From: Silvanigrellaceae bacterium | GTDB taxonomy: Bacteria; Bdellovibrionota_B; Oligoflexia; Silvanigrellales; Silvanigrellaceae | DNA length: 52,247 bases | Assembly: GCA_049423385.1 (NCBI GenBank) | Contig: JBMSQQ010000009.1 | Span: 1 to 52,247 of the forward strand | Direction: 5' to 3' | In this document: one piece after another, positions 8,686 to 17,377 of the stretch | How the letters are laid out: every line of letters begins with the position of its first letter | Numbering within the stretch: position 1 is the first letter of the stretch | The notes under the pieces: generated by a model | Seen by the model: the letters and a program-made list of their open reading frames with translations, nothing else | Told to the model about the DNA's origin: nothing | The model's database searches: none | Position numbers and translations under genes: made by a program

Positions 8686-9249
8686 TCAAACCGATGTGCT
8701 CGCGGGGGCAAAGTTCTGCAGGCTCTCCCAAACAAGAGCTCTCCAGTCGGGAAATGCCTCAAGTTCTCGCAAATCAGGGAGTACGAGAACCTCAAGCGAT
8801 GTTCCATCCAACATGGGGCAGTGCAATGCCTCAAAGGCCTCGGGTGGAATTGCAAGGGGTTGTCCAACCGCTACCGAAAGCGCATGCCCTGCACGCCATC
8901 CAAAACAAACCACACGAATTGCATGCGACTGGGCCAGCGTCTCCACGACTCTTGCCACGACAGGTTCAGACAAGGGGTCGAACCGCGGAGTCTTTGGCTG
9001 AACCGGATAAACCGACTCGATGCGAACAGACTCGCGCCAGGGCAGTCTGTCGATCAAGCGTTTGAGGAGCGGTGGAACCGCATCATTGGAAACTGGATTG
9101 GATGCAAAGTCATACAGAAAAAGACAGGTTCCCGAATCCTTGCGGGATGAGGCTGCCCGGGCAAGCGGTTTGGGCAAGCGTTGCACACCCGAAGCTCTCA
9201 GGGCATAGTAAATCTCCAAGATTTGCTTCAAAGAAGGTTTTTCTGACAT
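8686..9249 (-). CDS. Hypothetical protein, possibly a degenerate UDG-like fold
   Basis: ATG at 9249 with GGAAGGGA RBS; VVCFG...A and terminal WRALVWESL resemble UDG-family C-terminal elements; no catalytic motifs visible. Confidence 0.6.
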   Translation of the reverse strand: MSEKPSLKQILEIYYALRASGVQRLPKPLARAASSRKDSGTCLFLYDFASNPVSNDAVPPLLKRLIDRLPWRESVRIESVYPVQPKTPRFDPLSEPVVARVVETLAQSHAIRVVCFGWRAGHALSVAVGQPLAIPPEAFEALHCPMLDGTSLEVLVLPDLRELEAFPDWRALVWESLQNFAPASTSV

Positions 9250-9289
9250 TTGTTTCGTATCCCTTCCACTTTGCGCAGGGTAAAAACGC

Positions 9290-10717
9290 ATGCTTTTGAA
9301 CGGCCTAAACCTCACGGACGATGAAAAACTTTTCCAAAAATCCCTGGAAAGCCTGCGTAGCGTTTTGCTGCAACCCACCCGCTCTCCTGTAACTTCGCAG
9401 CGGGTGATGCGCAACTGCAGTGTGCTCGAGAAGCTCGCGGAAAAACTGAAGACGAATGAAGAAAAACTCGCACACATGCTCATGGAACAAAGTCGCCGGC
9501 CAGTCTCGGCCTGCCGTTCCGAGGTCAACAGAGCTGTCCAGACCCTGGAGAAAACCAGGGATGCGGCACATCGATTGTGCGAGCCACGCGCTTACGATTT
9601 TTCCGATGCGAGGCAAGGTGGCCACACCGCCATGTCACAACGGCACACGTATGCGCCGCTTTTCGCCATCACGCCTTTCAATTTTCCGTTGAACCTCACG
9701 CTTCATAAAATTGCACCTGCCCTTGCTCTGGGCATCCCTTTCATATGCAAGCCCCCGCTTCAAAGCCTCGAACTTTTCACCCTGCTCAACGAATGGTTCT
9801 TGGAATCAGGCGCCAATGACGAATCATTTGCGTTTTATTTTGCCTCGAATGAAGGAGTTGCAAAAGCGCTGGAACGGTTGCCCGCTCCACTGATCAGTTT
9901 CACAGGCAGCCGTCAGGTGGGTTGGCAGCTCAAGCAGAAATACTGGGATCGAAAATTGATTCTCGAGCTGGGTTCAACCGCGAGCGCTTTGGTGTGCGGA
10001 GATGTTCCCAAGTGGGAGCTCGAAAGGCTCAGCCAGGAGTTGGCTCGCAGTGCTTTTGGAAATTCAGGCCAGTCCTGCATTTCGCTTCAGCACCTTTTGC
10101 TTGAAAATGAAATCTGCGACGATCTTGTTTCACACCTCCGACACACGGCATTGGGCTTGAACAGAAGCAGGGACCCACGCTCCGACGAAACCCTGGTTGG
10201 ACCCTTGGTTGGCAGGGCTGCCTTTGAAAAGGCAATGCAGTTGCTGAATCAGGCGCTTGAAAGCGGTGCCCAGATCTGGAGTGCCGGGGAGCACAATCCC
10301 TCAGAGCACTACCTCGCACCAACGCTGGTTATTTACCCGAACACCCAGGCAAAAACCCTGGAACAAATTCGACTGACCCGCGAGGAGGCGTTTGCCCCAA
10401 TCGTCTGCATCCACAAGCTTCCTGGCAACATTTCCGGCGAAAAGCTGAATGATATCGTGCAAAAGTTCGACTCGAACATCCACACGTCGATCTTCACCTA
10501 CCAGAACAAGCGTGCTCGCCAGTTTTATGAAAGCATCGCTGCCAGAACTGTTCTGTGGAACGAAATTCCGAGCTGGCGTGCTGATGAAATGCCATACGGT
10601 GGTCTCGCCTTGAATTGGAACGACAACCACTTGCAAAACTCGGGGCTCTTGGGTGATGAAGGCCCCTATCAAACGATGATGGACCTCACCGTCGAACGAC
10701 TTTTTGTACTCCCCTGA
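9290..10717 (+). CDS. Aldehyde dehydrogenase family protein
   Basis: ITPFNFP, KP, SFTGS, LELG (catalytic Glu), GQSCIS (catalytic Cys), EEAFAP. Confidence 0.9.
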   Translation: MLLNGLNLTDDEKLFQKSLESLRSVLLQPTRSPVTSQRVMRNCSVLEKLAEKLKTNEEKLAHMLMEQSRRPVSACRSEVNRAVQTLEKTRDAAHRLCEPRAYDFSDARQGGHTAMSQRHTYAPLFAITPFNFPLNLTLHKIAPALALGIPFICKPPLQSLELFTLLNEWFLESGANDESFAFYFASNEGVAKALERLPAPLISFTGSRQVGWQLKQKYWDRKLILELGSTASALVCGDVPKWELERLSQELARSAFGNSGQSCISLQHLLLENEICDDLVSHLRHTALGLNRSRDPRSDETLVGPLVGRAAFEKAMQLLNQALESGAQIWSAGEHNPSEHYLAPTLVIYPNTQAKTLEQIRLTREEAFAPIVCIHKLPGNISGEKLNDIVQKFDSNIHTSIFTYQNKRARQFYESIAARTVLWNEIPSWRADEMPYGGLALNWNDNHLQNSGLLGDEGPYQTMMDLTVERLFVLP

Positions 10718-10765
10718 AGAGTTTGCCGCAGAGTGTCCCGCTGAAGCCACTGGAGACTAAAGATT

Positions 10766-12550
10766 ATGTCGGAAGGTATTTGGACCTTTGACCCGTTTCG
10801 CAATGAAATTGTCAATCTCATTTGCGATGCATTCGGCGAATTGGCAAGGGAATCGAATATCGAACAGACAATGCAACCCGACCAGATCGCTGCACTGCTT
10901 TCAGTTCCACCTGAGTTTTCATTGGGCCAGGCTGCCTTTCCATGTTTCAGTTTTGCCAAAGCCCTGCGCAAGGCGCCGCCACTGATCGCGCAGGATCTCG
11001 CAGACCGGATCCTCAGGCAAAAAAGGACAACGATCACCCGCATCGCCGCGGTTGCAGGTTATCTCAATTTTCACCAGGACCCGTCCAGCATAGGCCAAAA
11101 ACTGTTCTCGAGGATTTCCTCTTCCTCGTTTTTTTCAAAAGAAAAAATTGCTTCATCAAAACAGGAAAAAATTGTCGTCGAATATTCACAGCCCAACACC
11201 CACAAGGCTCTGCACGTTGGACACCTGCGTTGCCTCGTCCTGGGTGATGCTGTTTGCAATATCCTGCAATACGCAGGTCACAACATTGTCAAGGCAACGT
11301 ACCCAGGCGATTTGGGAGCGCACATTGCCAAAACCATCTGGTACATTCAAAACAGATTCAAGGGTGATCTTCCGACTGCTGCCCGTGCCGATTGGCTGGG
11401 CGAGATTTACACTCTCGCGGACGAAGCCATCAAGAAAGACACCGGCACCGACAATGAAGCCGAAAATCGTGCAAAAATTGCAGAAATTCTGAGGCAACTC
11501 CAAGACCAAAACGGACCCGCCTTCGATCTCTGGAAAGAGACCAGGGAATGGAGCCTCGATCAGCTGAAATCCATTTACGAATGGCTTGGTGTCACATTTG
11601 ATCTTTGGTTCTTTGAAAGTGAATGTGACGAACCCTCGCGCCGTCTGGTTCGGCAAAAATTTGCCGAAGGTCACTTTATCCAGGACCAGGGTGCCATCGG
11701 CATCGACCTGAGTCCCTACAAACTTGGATTTGCCATGTTCCTCAAGTCGGATGGCAATGGTCTCTACATCACCAAGGACCTCGAGTTGCTCCGCCGTAAA
11801 TTTGAAGATCCCATGGTCACGTCCAGCATTGTGGTTGTGGACCAAAGGCAAAAGCTTCACTTCCAACAACTGTACAAAACCGCCGAGTTGATTGGTTATC
11901 CCCAAGCAACGAAATCTTCGACACTGTTGTATGAAACAGTGAACACCGCCGATGGAAAAGCATTCAGCTCGCGCTCCATGAATGGATTGCGTCTTCTGGA
12001 ATTGCGTGTTGCGATGGAAAACAAAGTGACCCAGGACTACCTCGAGCGTTATCGTGGCAACTGGAGTGATGCCGAAATTTCGGATACGGCCAAGCAAGTC
12101 ACAATTGGCGCGCTCAAATATGGAATGTTGCGGGTCGACAATTCAACCCAGGTGACTTTCATCCTCGACGAATGGTTGAAACTCGATGGAGACACCGGAC
12201 CCTACCTGCAATATATGCACGCCCGCTGCTGCAACATCATCGAAAAACAGGGAACACCGGTTGCCAGCGATCGAATCTGTTTCGAAGCCACCGAAGAACG
12301 CGCCTTGTTGTTTCATCTTTCCCGATTCAACGAGTTTGCACACCAGTCGGCTGCCCATCAGCGACCAAGCGTGATTGCCGGATATCTTTACGATTTGGCA
12401 AAGGCTTTCAATCGTTTTTATGAGGCCTGCCCGATTCGCAGCTCCGAGGGCGATTTGAGAAATTCAAGACTTTGTCTGGTTCAGGCATCAGCCAAAGTCA
12501 TGAAGGAAGGATTGGCTCTCCTGGGAATTCCTGCACCGTCTAGGATGTGA
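10766..12550 (+). CDS. argS: Arginine--tRNA ligase
   Basis: VEYSQPNTHKALHVGHLR (HIGH), DGDTGPYLQY, DALR-type C-terminus ending LLGIPAPSRM. Confidence 0.96.
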   Translation: MSEGIWTFDPFRNEIVNLICDAFGELARESNIEQTMQPDQIAALLSVPPEFSLGQAAFPCFSFAKALRKAPPLIAQDLADRILRQKRTTITRIAAVAGYLNFHQDPSSIGQKLFSRISSSSFFSKEKIASSKQEKIVVEYSQPNTHKALHVGHLRCLVLGDAVCNILQYAGHNIVKATYPGDLGAHIAKTIWYIQNRFKGDLPTAARADWLGEIYTLADEAIKKDTGTDNEAENRAKIAEILRQLQDQNGPAFDLWKETREWSLDQLKSIYEWLGVTFDLWFFESECDEPSRRLVRQKFAEGHFIQDQGAIGIDLSPYKLGFAMFLKSDGNGLYITKDLELLRRKFEDPMVTSSIVVVDQRQKLHFQQLYKTAELIGYPQATKSSTLLYETVNTADGKAFSSRSMNGLRLLELRVAMENKVTQDYLERYRGNWSDAEISDTAKQVTIGALKYGMLRVDNSTQVTFILDEWLKLDGDTGPYLQYMHARCCNIIEKQGTPVASDRICFEATEERALLFHLSRFNEFAHQSAAHQRPSVIAGYLYDLAKAFNRFYEACPIRSSEGDLRNSRLCLVQASAKVMKEGLALLGIPAPSRM

Positions 12551-12605
12551 CACTCAACCAACCCATCCCTTCCTCTCGCCCCTTTCCCCATTCAAACTCT
12601 GAAGA

Positions 12606-13829
12606 ATGAAATCGCTCGCGGGGTTGGTCATGGTCCGACGTTCGGTGTTTCCACGTCTTGGTTTTGCTTGCGCCTTGTTTGCCTTCATTGGCGGACAAGG
12701 ATGCAAGAAGCTTTTTTCAAAAAACGACAACAGCGACACCCAGCAGGCATGGGACGCGGTCAACAATCCGACCAATCTTTTGCCCTACAACTCACTTCTG
12801 GAACGGCGCTTCGACAAACTGAAGATGGCTGCAGAGTCCGACAAAAACAAGCGTCCCTGGTCCGACAGCTATTGGCCCAACCATCGTGGCGGCTTGGCAT
12901 GGCGATGGAACGCGACTTCCGCAGGCGACTTCAAGAATCATCCTCTCCCGACAAAAGATCAGGTCCTGAAGATGTCGATGAAGCAGAAGCTCGAATTGTC
13001 TCCTGCAGAAAAATACGACATCCTGACCGGCAGCTGGAATTTTCCCCTTCTCGATTACGAGCGAAAAAGAAACAATCCAGGAGACGAAAAATGGCGTGGG
13101 TTGTGCAACGGCTGGGCTGCTGCGTCTGCCGTTTTTCGTGAGCCACGACCTGTGGTCGTCAAGAGTGTGGAAGGGATCGATATCCCTTTTGGAGCATCCG
13201 ACATCAAGGCACTTCTGGCCATTTACATGGCGCAGTTTGCAGATGGCGGCGTGCGGATTGTCGGCGCACGATGCAACACGCAGGCAAAGCCAGGCTGGGA
13301 AACAACCGGAGACACTGGTTTTCCGCAGTCACTCAGCGAATGCCAGGACGTCAATCCAGGCTCATTCCATCTTCTTCTCGCAAATCATATCGGCGAATGG
13401 AACAAGCCACTGGTCGGCGATCTTGTGAATGGCGCCGAAGTTTGGAATTATCCCATATTTGAATACAAGTCATATATCCTTGGTGAACAACCACCCACGC
13501 CAGGCAAGGCTGCACCGGGTACGATCAAGGAGCTGAAAATCCAAACCGACGTCCGCTTCAAAATTGAAATTGACCCGCCAAATCTGCAAAACTTCAACGA
13601 AACGGGTCAGCAGGATGTGGGCGACTATCGGGTCAGCTATCAATACACCCTGGAGTTGAACGCCGGGGGTGAAATCATTGGCGGCGAATGGATCACGGCG
13701 CTTCATCCCGACTTCATGTGGACCCAACCTGCACCTGCAGATTTCAAGCTTTATTTCAGCAAGCTGGGCGAGCTTTATGACGCTTCAATGAAATCGAATC
13801 CCTTGCTGGATCTTTTGAGCCTCAGATGA
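12606..13829 (+). CDS. Lipoprotein of the transglutaminase-elicitor (GP42-like) family
   Basis: Lipobox-like GQGC; PWSDSYWP, LSPAEKYD, WRGLCNGW, DIKALL, DVNPGSFH, VWNYP, YTLELNAGGEIIGGEW, HPDFMW. Confidence 0.8.
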   Translation: MKSLAGLVMVRRSVFPRLGFACALFAFIGGQGCKKLFSKNDNSDTQQAWDAVNNPTNLLPYNSLLERRFDKLKMAAESDKNKRPWSDSYWPNHRGGLAWRWNATSAGDFKNHPLPTKDQVLKMSMKQKLELSPAEKYDILTGSWNFPLLDYERKRNNPGDEKWRGLCNGWAAASAVFREPRPVVVKSVEGIDIPFGASDIKALLAIYMAQFADGGVRIVGARCNTQAKPGWETTGDTGFPQSLSECQDVNPGSFHLLLANHIGEWNKPLVGDLVNGAEVWNYPIFEYKSYILGEQPPTPGKAAPGTIKELKIQTDVRFKIEIDPPNLQNFNETGQQDVGDYRVSYQYTLELNAGGEIIGGEWITALHPDFMWTQPAPADFKLYFSKLGELYDASMKSNPLLDLLSLR

Positions 13830-14467
13830 AATCTGAACTTGCCGGCGCACTCAACTCTTTTATTTCCGTGTTTGTGATTGTCGATCCTTTTGCGGTGGTT
13901 CCGGTGTATCTGGGCCTGACCGACAGGTTCGACAAGCAAGCCTTGGTGAAGATTCGCAGGAAAGCAACGATCGTCTCTTGCTGCATCCTCATTGTTTTTG
14001 CCATCTCGGGCATGTCGTTGTTCAACTTCTTTGGCACCACATTGCCGGCCTTTCAAATCGCGGGTGGCCTGCTTTTGTTCAAATTCGGTATCGAGCAGCT
14101 GGGGGCCAATCGCACACGAGTGAAGCAGGAAGAGCGCGATGAAAGTCTCCACCGCGAAGATATTTCCATTTTTCCTTTGGCGACACCCCTGCTTGCCGGA
14201 CCAGGCGCGATCTCCACTGTTGTGCTGGAATCATCGAAGGCAAAGACAACCCCAAGCATCTTCTTGCTCTGCGGCGCCATCATTGCCGCACTGGCTTTGT
14301 GTAACCTCGTACTCAAGATGGGCCCCCTCCTGCATCGGGTGATAGGCACCACCGGCCTCAATCTGCTCACCCGCCTCATGGGCTTGATCCTCACCGCTGT
14401 GGCTGTTCAATTTATCATCAATGGGCTCACCGCCGTGGCACGCGACATCCTTTCAAAAATGAGCTAA
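13826..14467 (+). CDS. MarC family inner-membrane protein
   Basis: IVDPF, AFQIAGGLLLF, FPLATPLLAGPGAI, RLMGLIL motifs; ATGA overlap with upstream gene. Confidence 0.92.
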   Translation: MKSELAGALNSFISVFVIVDPFAVVPVYLGLTDRFDKQALVKIRRKATIVSCCILIVFAISGMSLFNFFGTTLPAFQIAGGLLLFKFGIEQLGANRTRVKQEERDESLHREDISIFPLATPLLAGPGAISTVVLESSKAKTTPSIFLLCGAIIAALALCNLVLKMGPLLHRVIGTTGLNLLTRLMGLILTAVAVQFIINGLTAVARDILSKMS

Positions 14468-14498
14468 TAGACCTCCTCGTCTGGCGAAGGGGTGTCGG

Positions 14499-15506
14499 TT
14501 GGAATCTGTCCGGAAAGAGATCGAAAAAAATTTGAAAAGCGCTGTTTTGATGGCAACAGGATTTCCGGCACTCGGAAACAACCTGCTTCCATCAGAACGC
14601 GAGCAAATCCTCAATTCGCTCATCTACCCGATTGAAGCGGGCGGCAAACGAGTGAGGCCACTGCTCACATGCCTGCTTGCAGAAACCTGCGGTGCCTCGC
14701 CCGTTCATCCTGCTGTTTTGAACTGTGCCTCGGCAGTTGAACTGATCCATACCTACTCTCTCGTGCACGACGATCTTCCATGCATGGACAATGACGATCT
14801 TCGTCGTGGCAAACCTACCGTTCACAAGGTTTTTGGCGAGGCAAATGCACTTCTGGTTGGAGATGGCCTGCTGACACATGCCTTTCACCTCATTCACCAG
14901 GCCTGTGCTTCAGGTCTGCCTGCACGAGCAGGCATGCGCTGCATTGAAGTCCTTTCTCGGTGTGCAGGTCCATTCGGAATGATTGGCGGTCAATGGAAAG
15001 ACTTGGCCAACACAAACAATGCCTCATCCCACGACTGGCAAACTCTCTGCGGAATCCACAATTTGAAAACAGGTGCGCTGCTGGGGGCAGCGTGTGCATT
15101 GGGTGTGATTGCAGGAACTTCATTGAGGACCGCGAGCTTCGGTTCAGATCTTTCAACCAATGAAAAAGAAATTATACAAACAGCCGAATTGCTCGGAATT
15201 CAAATCGGCCTCGCCTTCCAGATCGTCGATGATGTACTGGATGCAACCCAAAGCAGCGCGCAATTGGGTAAAACAGCGGGCAAGGATCTTGCCCAACAAA
15301 AACTCACCGCAGTCAGCCTGCTGGGAATTGATGGCGCAAGGGTCGAAGCCCAGCGGTGGACTCAAACGGCTTTGTCAACGTTGGATAATCTCGACAATCA
15401 GCTTGATGCATTTCGCAGCCCGATGAGCCCATCCCAAAGCGAAGACCAGAGCCACATCGAAAACCTTTTGCAATTTATTCATCAATTGTTGCTGCGAACA
15501 TCGTAA
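14499..15506 (+). CDS. ispA: Polyprenyl (farnesyl/geranylgeranyl) diphosphate synthase
   Basis: GGKRVRP, HDDLPCMDNDDLRRGKP, KTGAL, FQIVDDVLD, LGKTAGKD. Confidence 0.92.
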   Translation: MESVRKEIEKNLKSAVLMATGFPALGNNLLPSEREQILNSLIYPIEAGGKRVRPLLTCLLAETCGASPVHPAVLNCASAVELIHTYSLVHDDLPCMDNDDLRRGKPTVHKVFGEANALLVGDGLLTHAFHLIHQACASGLPARAGMRCIEVLSRCAGPFGMIGGQWKDLANTNNASSHDWQTLCGIHNLKTGALLGAACALGVIAGTSLRTASFGSDLSTNEKEIIQTAELLGIQIGLAFQIVDDVLDATQSSAQLGKTAGKDLAQQKLTAVSLLGIDGARVEAQRWTQTALSTLDNLDNQLDAFRSPMSPSQSEDQSHIENLLQFIHQLLLRTS

Positions 15507-16282
15507 AGCTGCCCGTGCCACTGGGCAAGATTTTCCGCAGAGTTCTCCATCAGCCAGCTTACAATTTTTTCAGCTGCAGAATCAGGAGAGACGAGTCCGC
15601 CCGTTTTTTCCAACTCCCTGAATTTTTCCAGTGCAGGAAAATGCTGAGGCTGAGCAGCCAGAACCTGTCTCATCATGTCTGTCATCACGGTGCCGGGAGC
15701 AACAGACAAAACGAGGGTTTCATTTGCGTCGAGTTGTCCCGAAAGACACTTGAAATCCATAAGCATGGCCGCCTTGCTTGAACAATATGCCCCCCATCCG
15801 ACGTAGGGTTTCACGGCCGCACCGCTGGAGATGTGCAGCAAGAATGGCGGGCAAGCCGCTCCACGGGATTGGCTTGTGCTGGGCTTCAAATACGGCTTGA
15901 GACCAAGGACAAGTTCCATTCCGGCAAGATGATTGACTCTTGCTGTCCTCTGATATTCATCCCACCAGCTCTGCCACAGGGAAGCATCGCTTGCCACGGG
16001 GGCTTGGTCCATGGGCCCAAGAAGCCCGGCTGCATGAACAACCCCAATCACCCTTTGCTTTTCAGTAAAACTCAACAGTTCCTGGGCGGGGTTCTCGTGC
16101 CAAGCCTTGGCACAGTCCCAAGGGATAACATGATCGACGGATGACAGGCATCCAGCCGCACTTTGAGAGCGGACCAGAGCACAAACGGAAAAGCCTTTTG
16201 CCCGGAAATGTTTTGCCATCGCCTGCCCAATTCCGCGACTGGCGCCCGTCATGATGACCCATTGCTGATATGATTGGTTCAA
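15482..16282 (-). CDS. Short-chain dehydrogenase/reductase (sepiapterin/benzil reductase-like)
   Basis: TGASRGIG, ISSGAA, YCSSK, PGTVMTDM. Confidence 0.9.
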   Translation of the reverse strand: MNQSYQQWVIMTGASRGIGQAMAKHFRAKGFSVCALVRSQSAAGCLSSVDHVIPWDCAKAWHENPAQELLSFTEKQRVIGVVHAAGLLGPMDQAPVASDASLWQSWWDEYQRTARVNHLAGMELVLGLKPYLKPSTSQSRGAACPPFLLHISSGAAVKPYVGWGAYCSSKAAMLMDFKCLSGQLDANETLVLSVAPGTVMTDMMRQVLAAQPQHFPALEKFRELEKTGGLVSPDSAAEKIVSWLMENSAENLAQWHGQLYDVRSNN

Positions 16283-16420
16283 TTCTCAAGCCTCCTGCAG
16301 CAAAAAGCTCTGAAATGGTCCGCCGAAAGAGTTGACGGCGCGGAAAAGAAGTCCACACAACGCATTGTAGACCCGGCTTATCATCCGCAAGGAGGCTCGA
16401 CAGCACAAGGGAGACCCCCA

Positions 16421-17377
16421 ATGAAAACGACTCGAACGCTCAACATGCAGGCTTGCCAAGAAATTTTCCGCGAATCACTCTGGCGGATGACACCCGTTTG
16501 CATGACTCTGTTCCTTGCGGTGGGCTGTGCGTCGGCTCAATCACTGATCGCATCAACAGTTTCTCCCGTGCTTCCGGCCCAGACGGCCGGCAAGGATGCG
16601 GAAAAAGAAGCGCATCCGACTGGCCCGGCCGAAAAAACGGGAACTGCACAAACCACAAGCACAACTCAATCAACTTCAACATCGCCGACAGAACAAACAA
16701 AGGAACCAGCCGCAAACGCCCCATCACAAAAAGGCGAGCTCGCACTCTTGAAAATCGAGGTCATGTCTCTCAAGGAAAAGATGGCCGCTCTTCAACGCAA
16801 AATGGACGTCATCCTCAAGGGACAACGCTCGGGATTGTATGATGACGCGGGCATGTCGGCACTGGGCAAACTGTCGCAGGCTCGCCAATCCCAAAAGAAT
16901 CCGGTGCCTCCCCTCACAAGCGAAGGACCCATCGACAGGTTCGAAAACGATTCGAATCCAGGTGATCGCGATAAAGCTGTTGTTCATGAAAAGCCCGATC
17001 AGCTTGTCAATCGCGCCGAGATGTTGCTTGAGCAAAGGGAGTTTGGAAAAGTTGCGCAAGTTCTCGAGAACTTTCAACAGCGATTCCCAAACAACGGCCT
17101 GAGCGCAGTGGCCGAACTGACACTGGCAGAAGCTTATGTAGAACTGAAAAGCGCACAGCAAGCACTGACCCACATTCGCACTTTTTATCTTCAGCATCCG
17201 AATGACGTGAGACTCGTAAAGGCAAAGTGGCTGGAAGCCAAGTCTCAGGAGCTTCTCAACTCTCCGCAAAAGGCGTCTCAGCTTTTTCTTGAAGTGATTG
17301 CCCTTGACCCACAATCACAGCTGGCCAGACGGGCACGCGCAGATCTTGAACGGATGAACGGAGGCAACTCTCAATGA
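16421..17377 (+). CDS. CpoB/YbgF-like TPR lipoprotein
   Basis: Lipobox LAVGC; short coiled coil; C-terminal TPR helices (FQQRFP, HP, P.S.LA..AR); start uncertain. Confidence 0.7.
   Translation: MKTTRTLNMQACQEIFRESLWRMTPVCMTLFLAVGCASAQSLIASTVSPVLPAQTAGKDAEKEAHPTGPAEKTGTAQTTSTTQSTSTSPTEQTKEPAANAPSQKGELALLKIEVMSLKEKMAALQRKMDVILKGQRSGLYDDAGMSALGKLSQARQSQKNPVPPLTSEGPIDRFENDSNPGDRDKAVVHEKPDQLVNRAEMLLEQREFGKVAQVLENFQQRFPNNGLSAVAELTLAEAYVELKSAQQALTHIRTFYLQHPNDVRLVKAKWLEAKSQELLNSPQKASQLFLEVIALDPQSQLARRARADLERMNGGNSQ

Noticed and set aside
8290..9150. 286-aa plus-strand ORF
   Set aside because: Overlaps tig and the upstream gene antisense; no motifs
9250..9528. N-terminal extension of the 280-aa minus-strand ORF
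   Set aside because: Overlaps the ALDH gene antisense; better start at 9249
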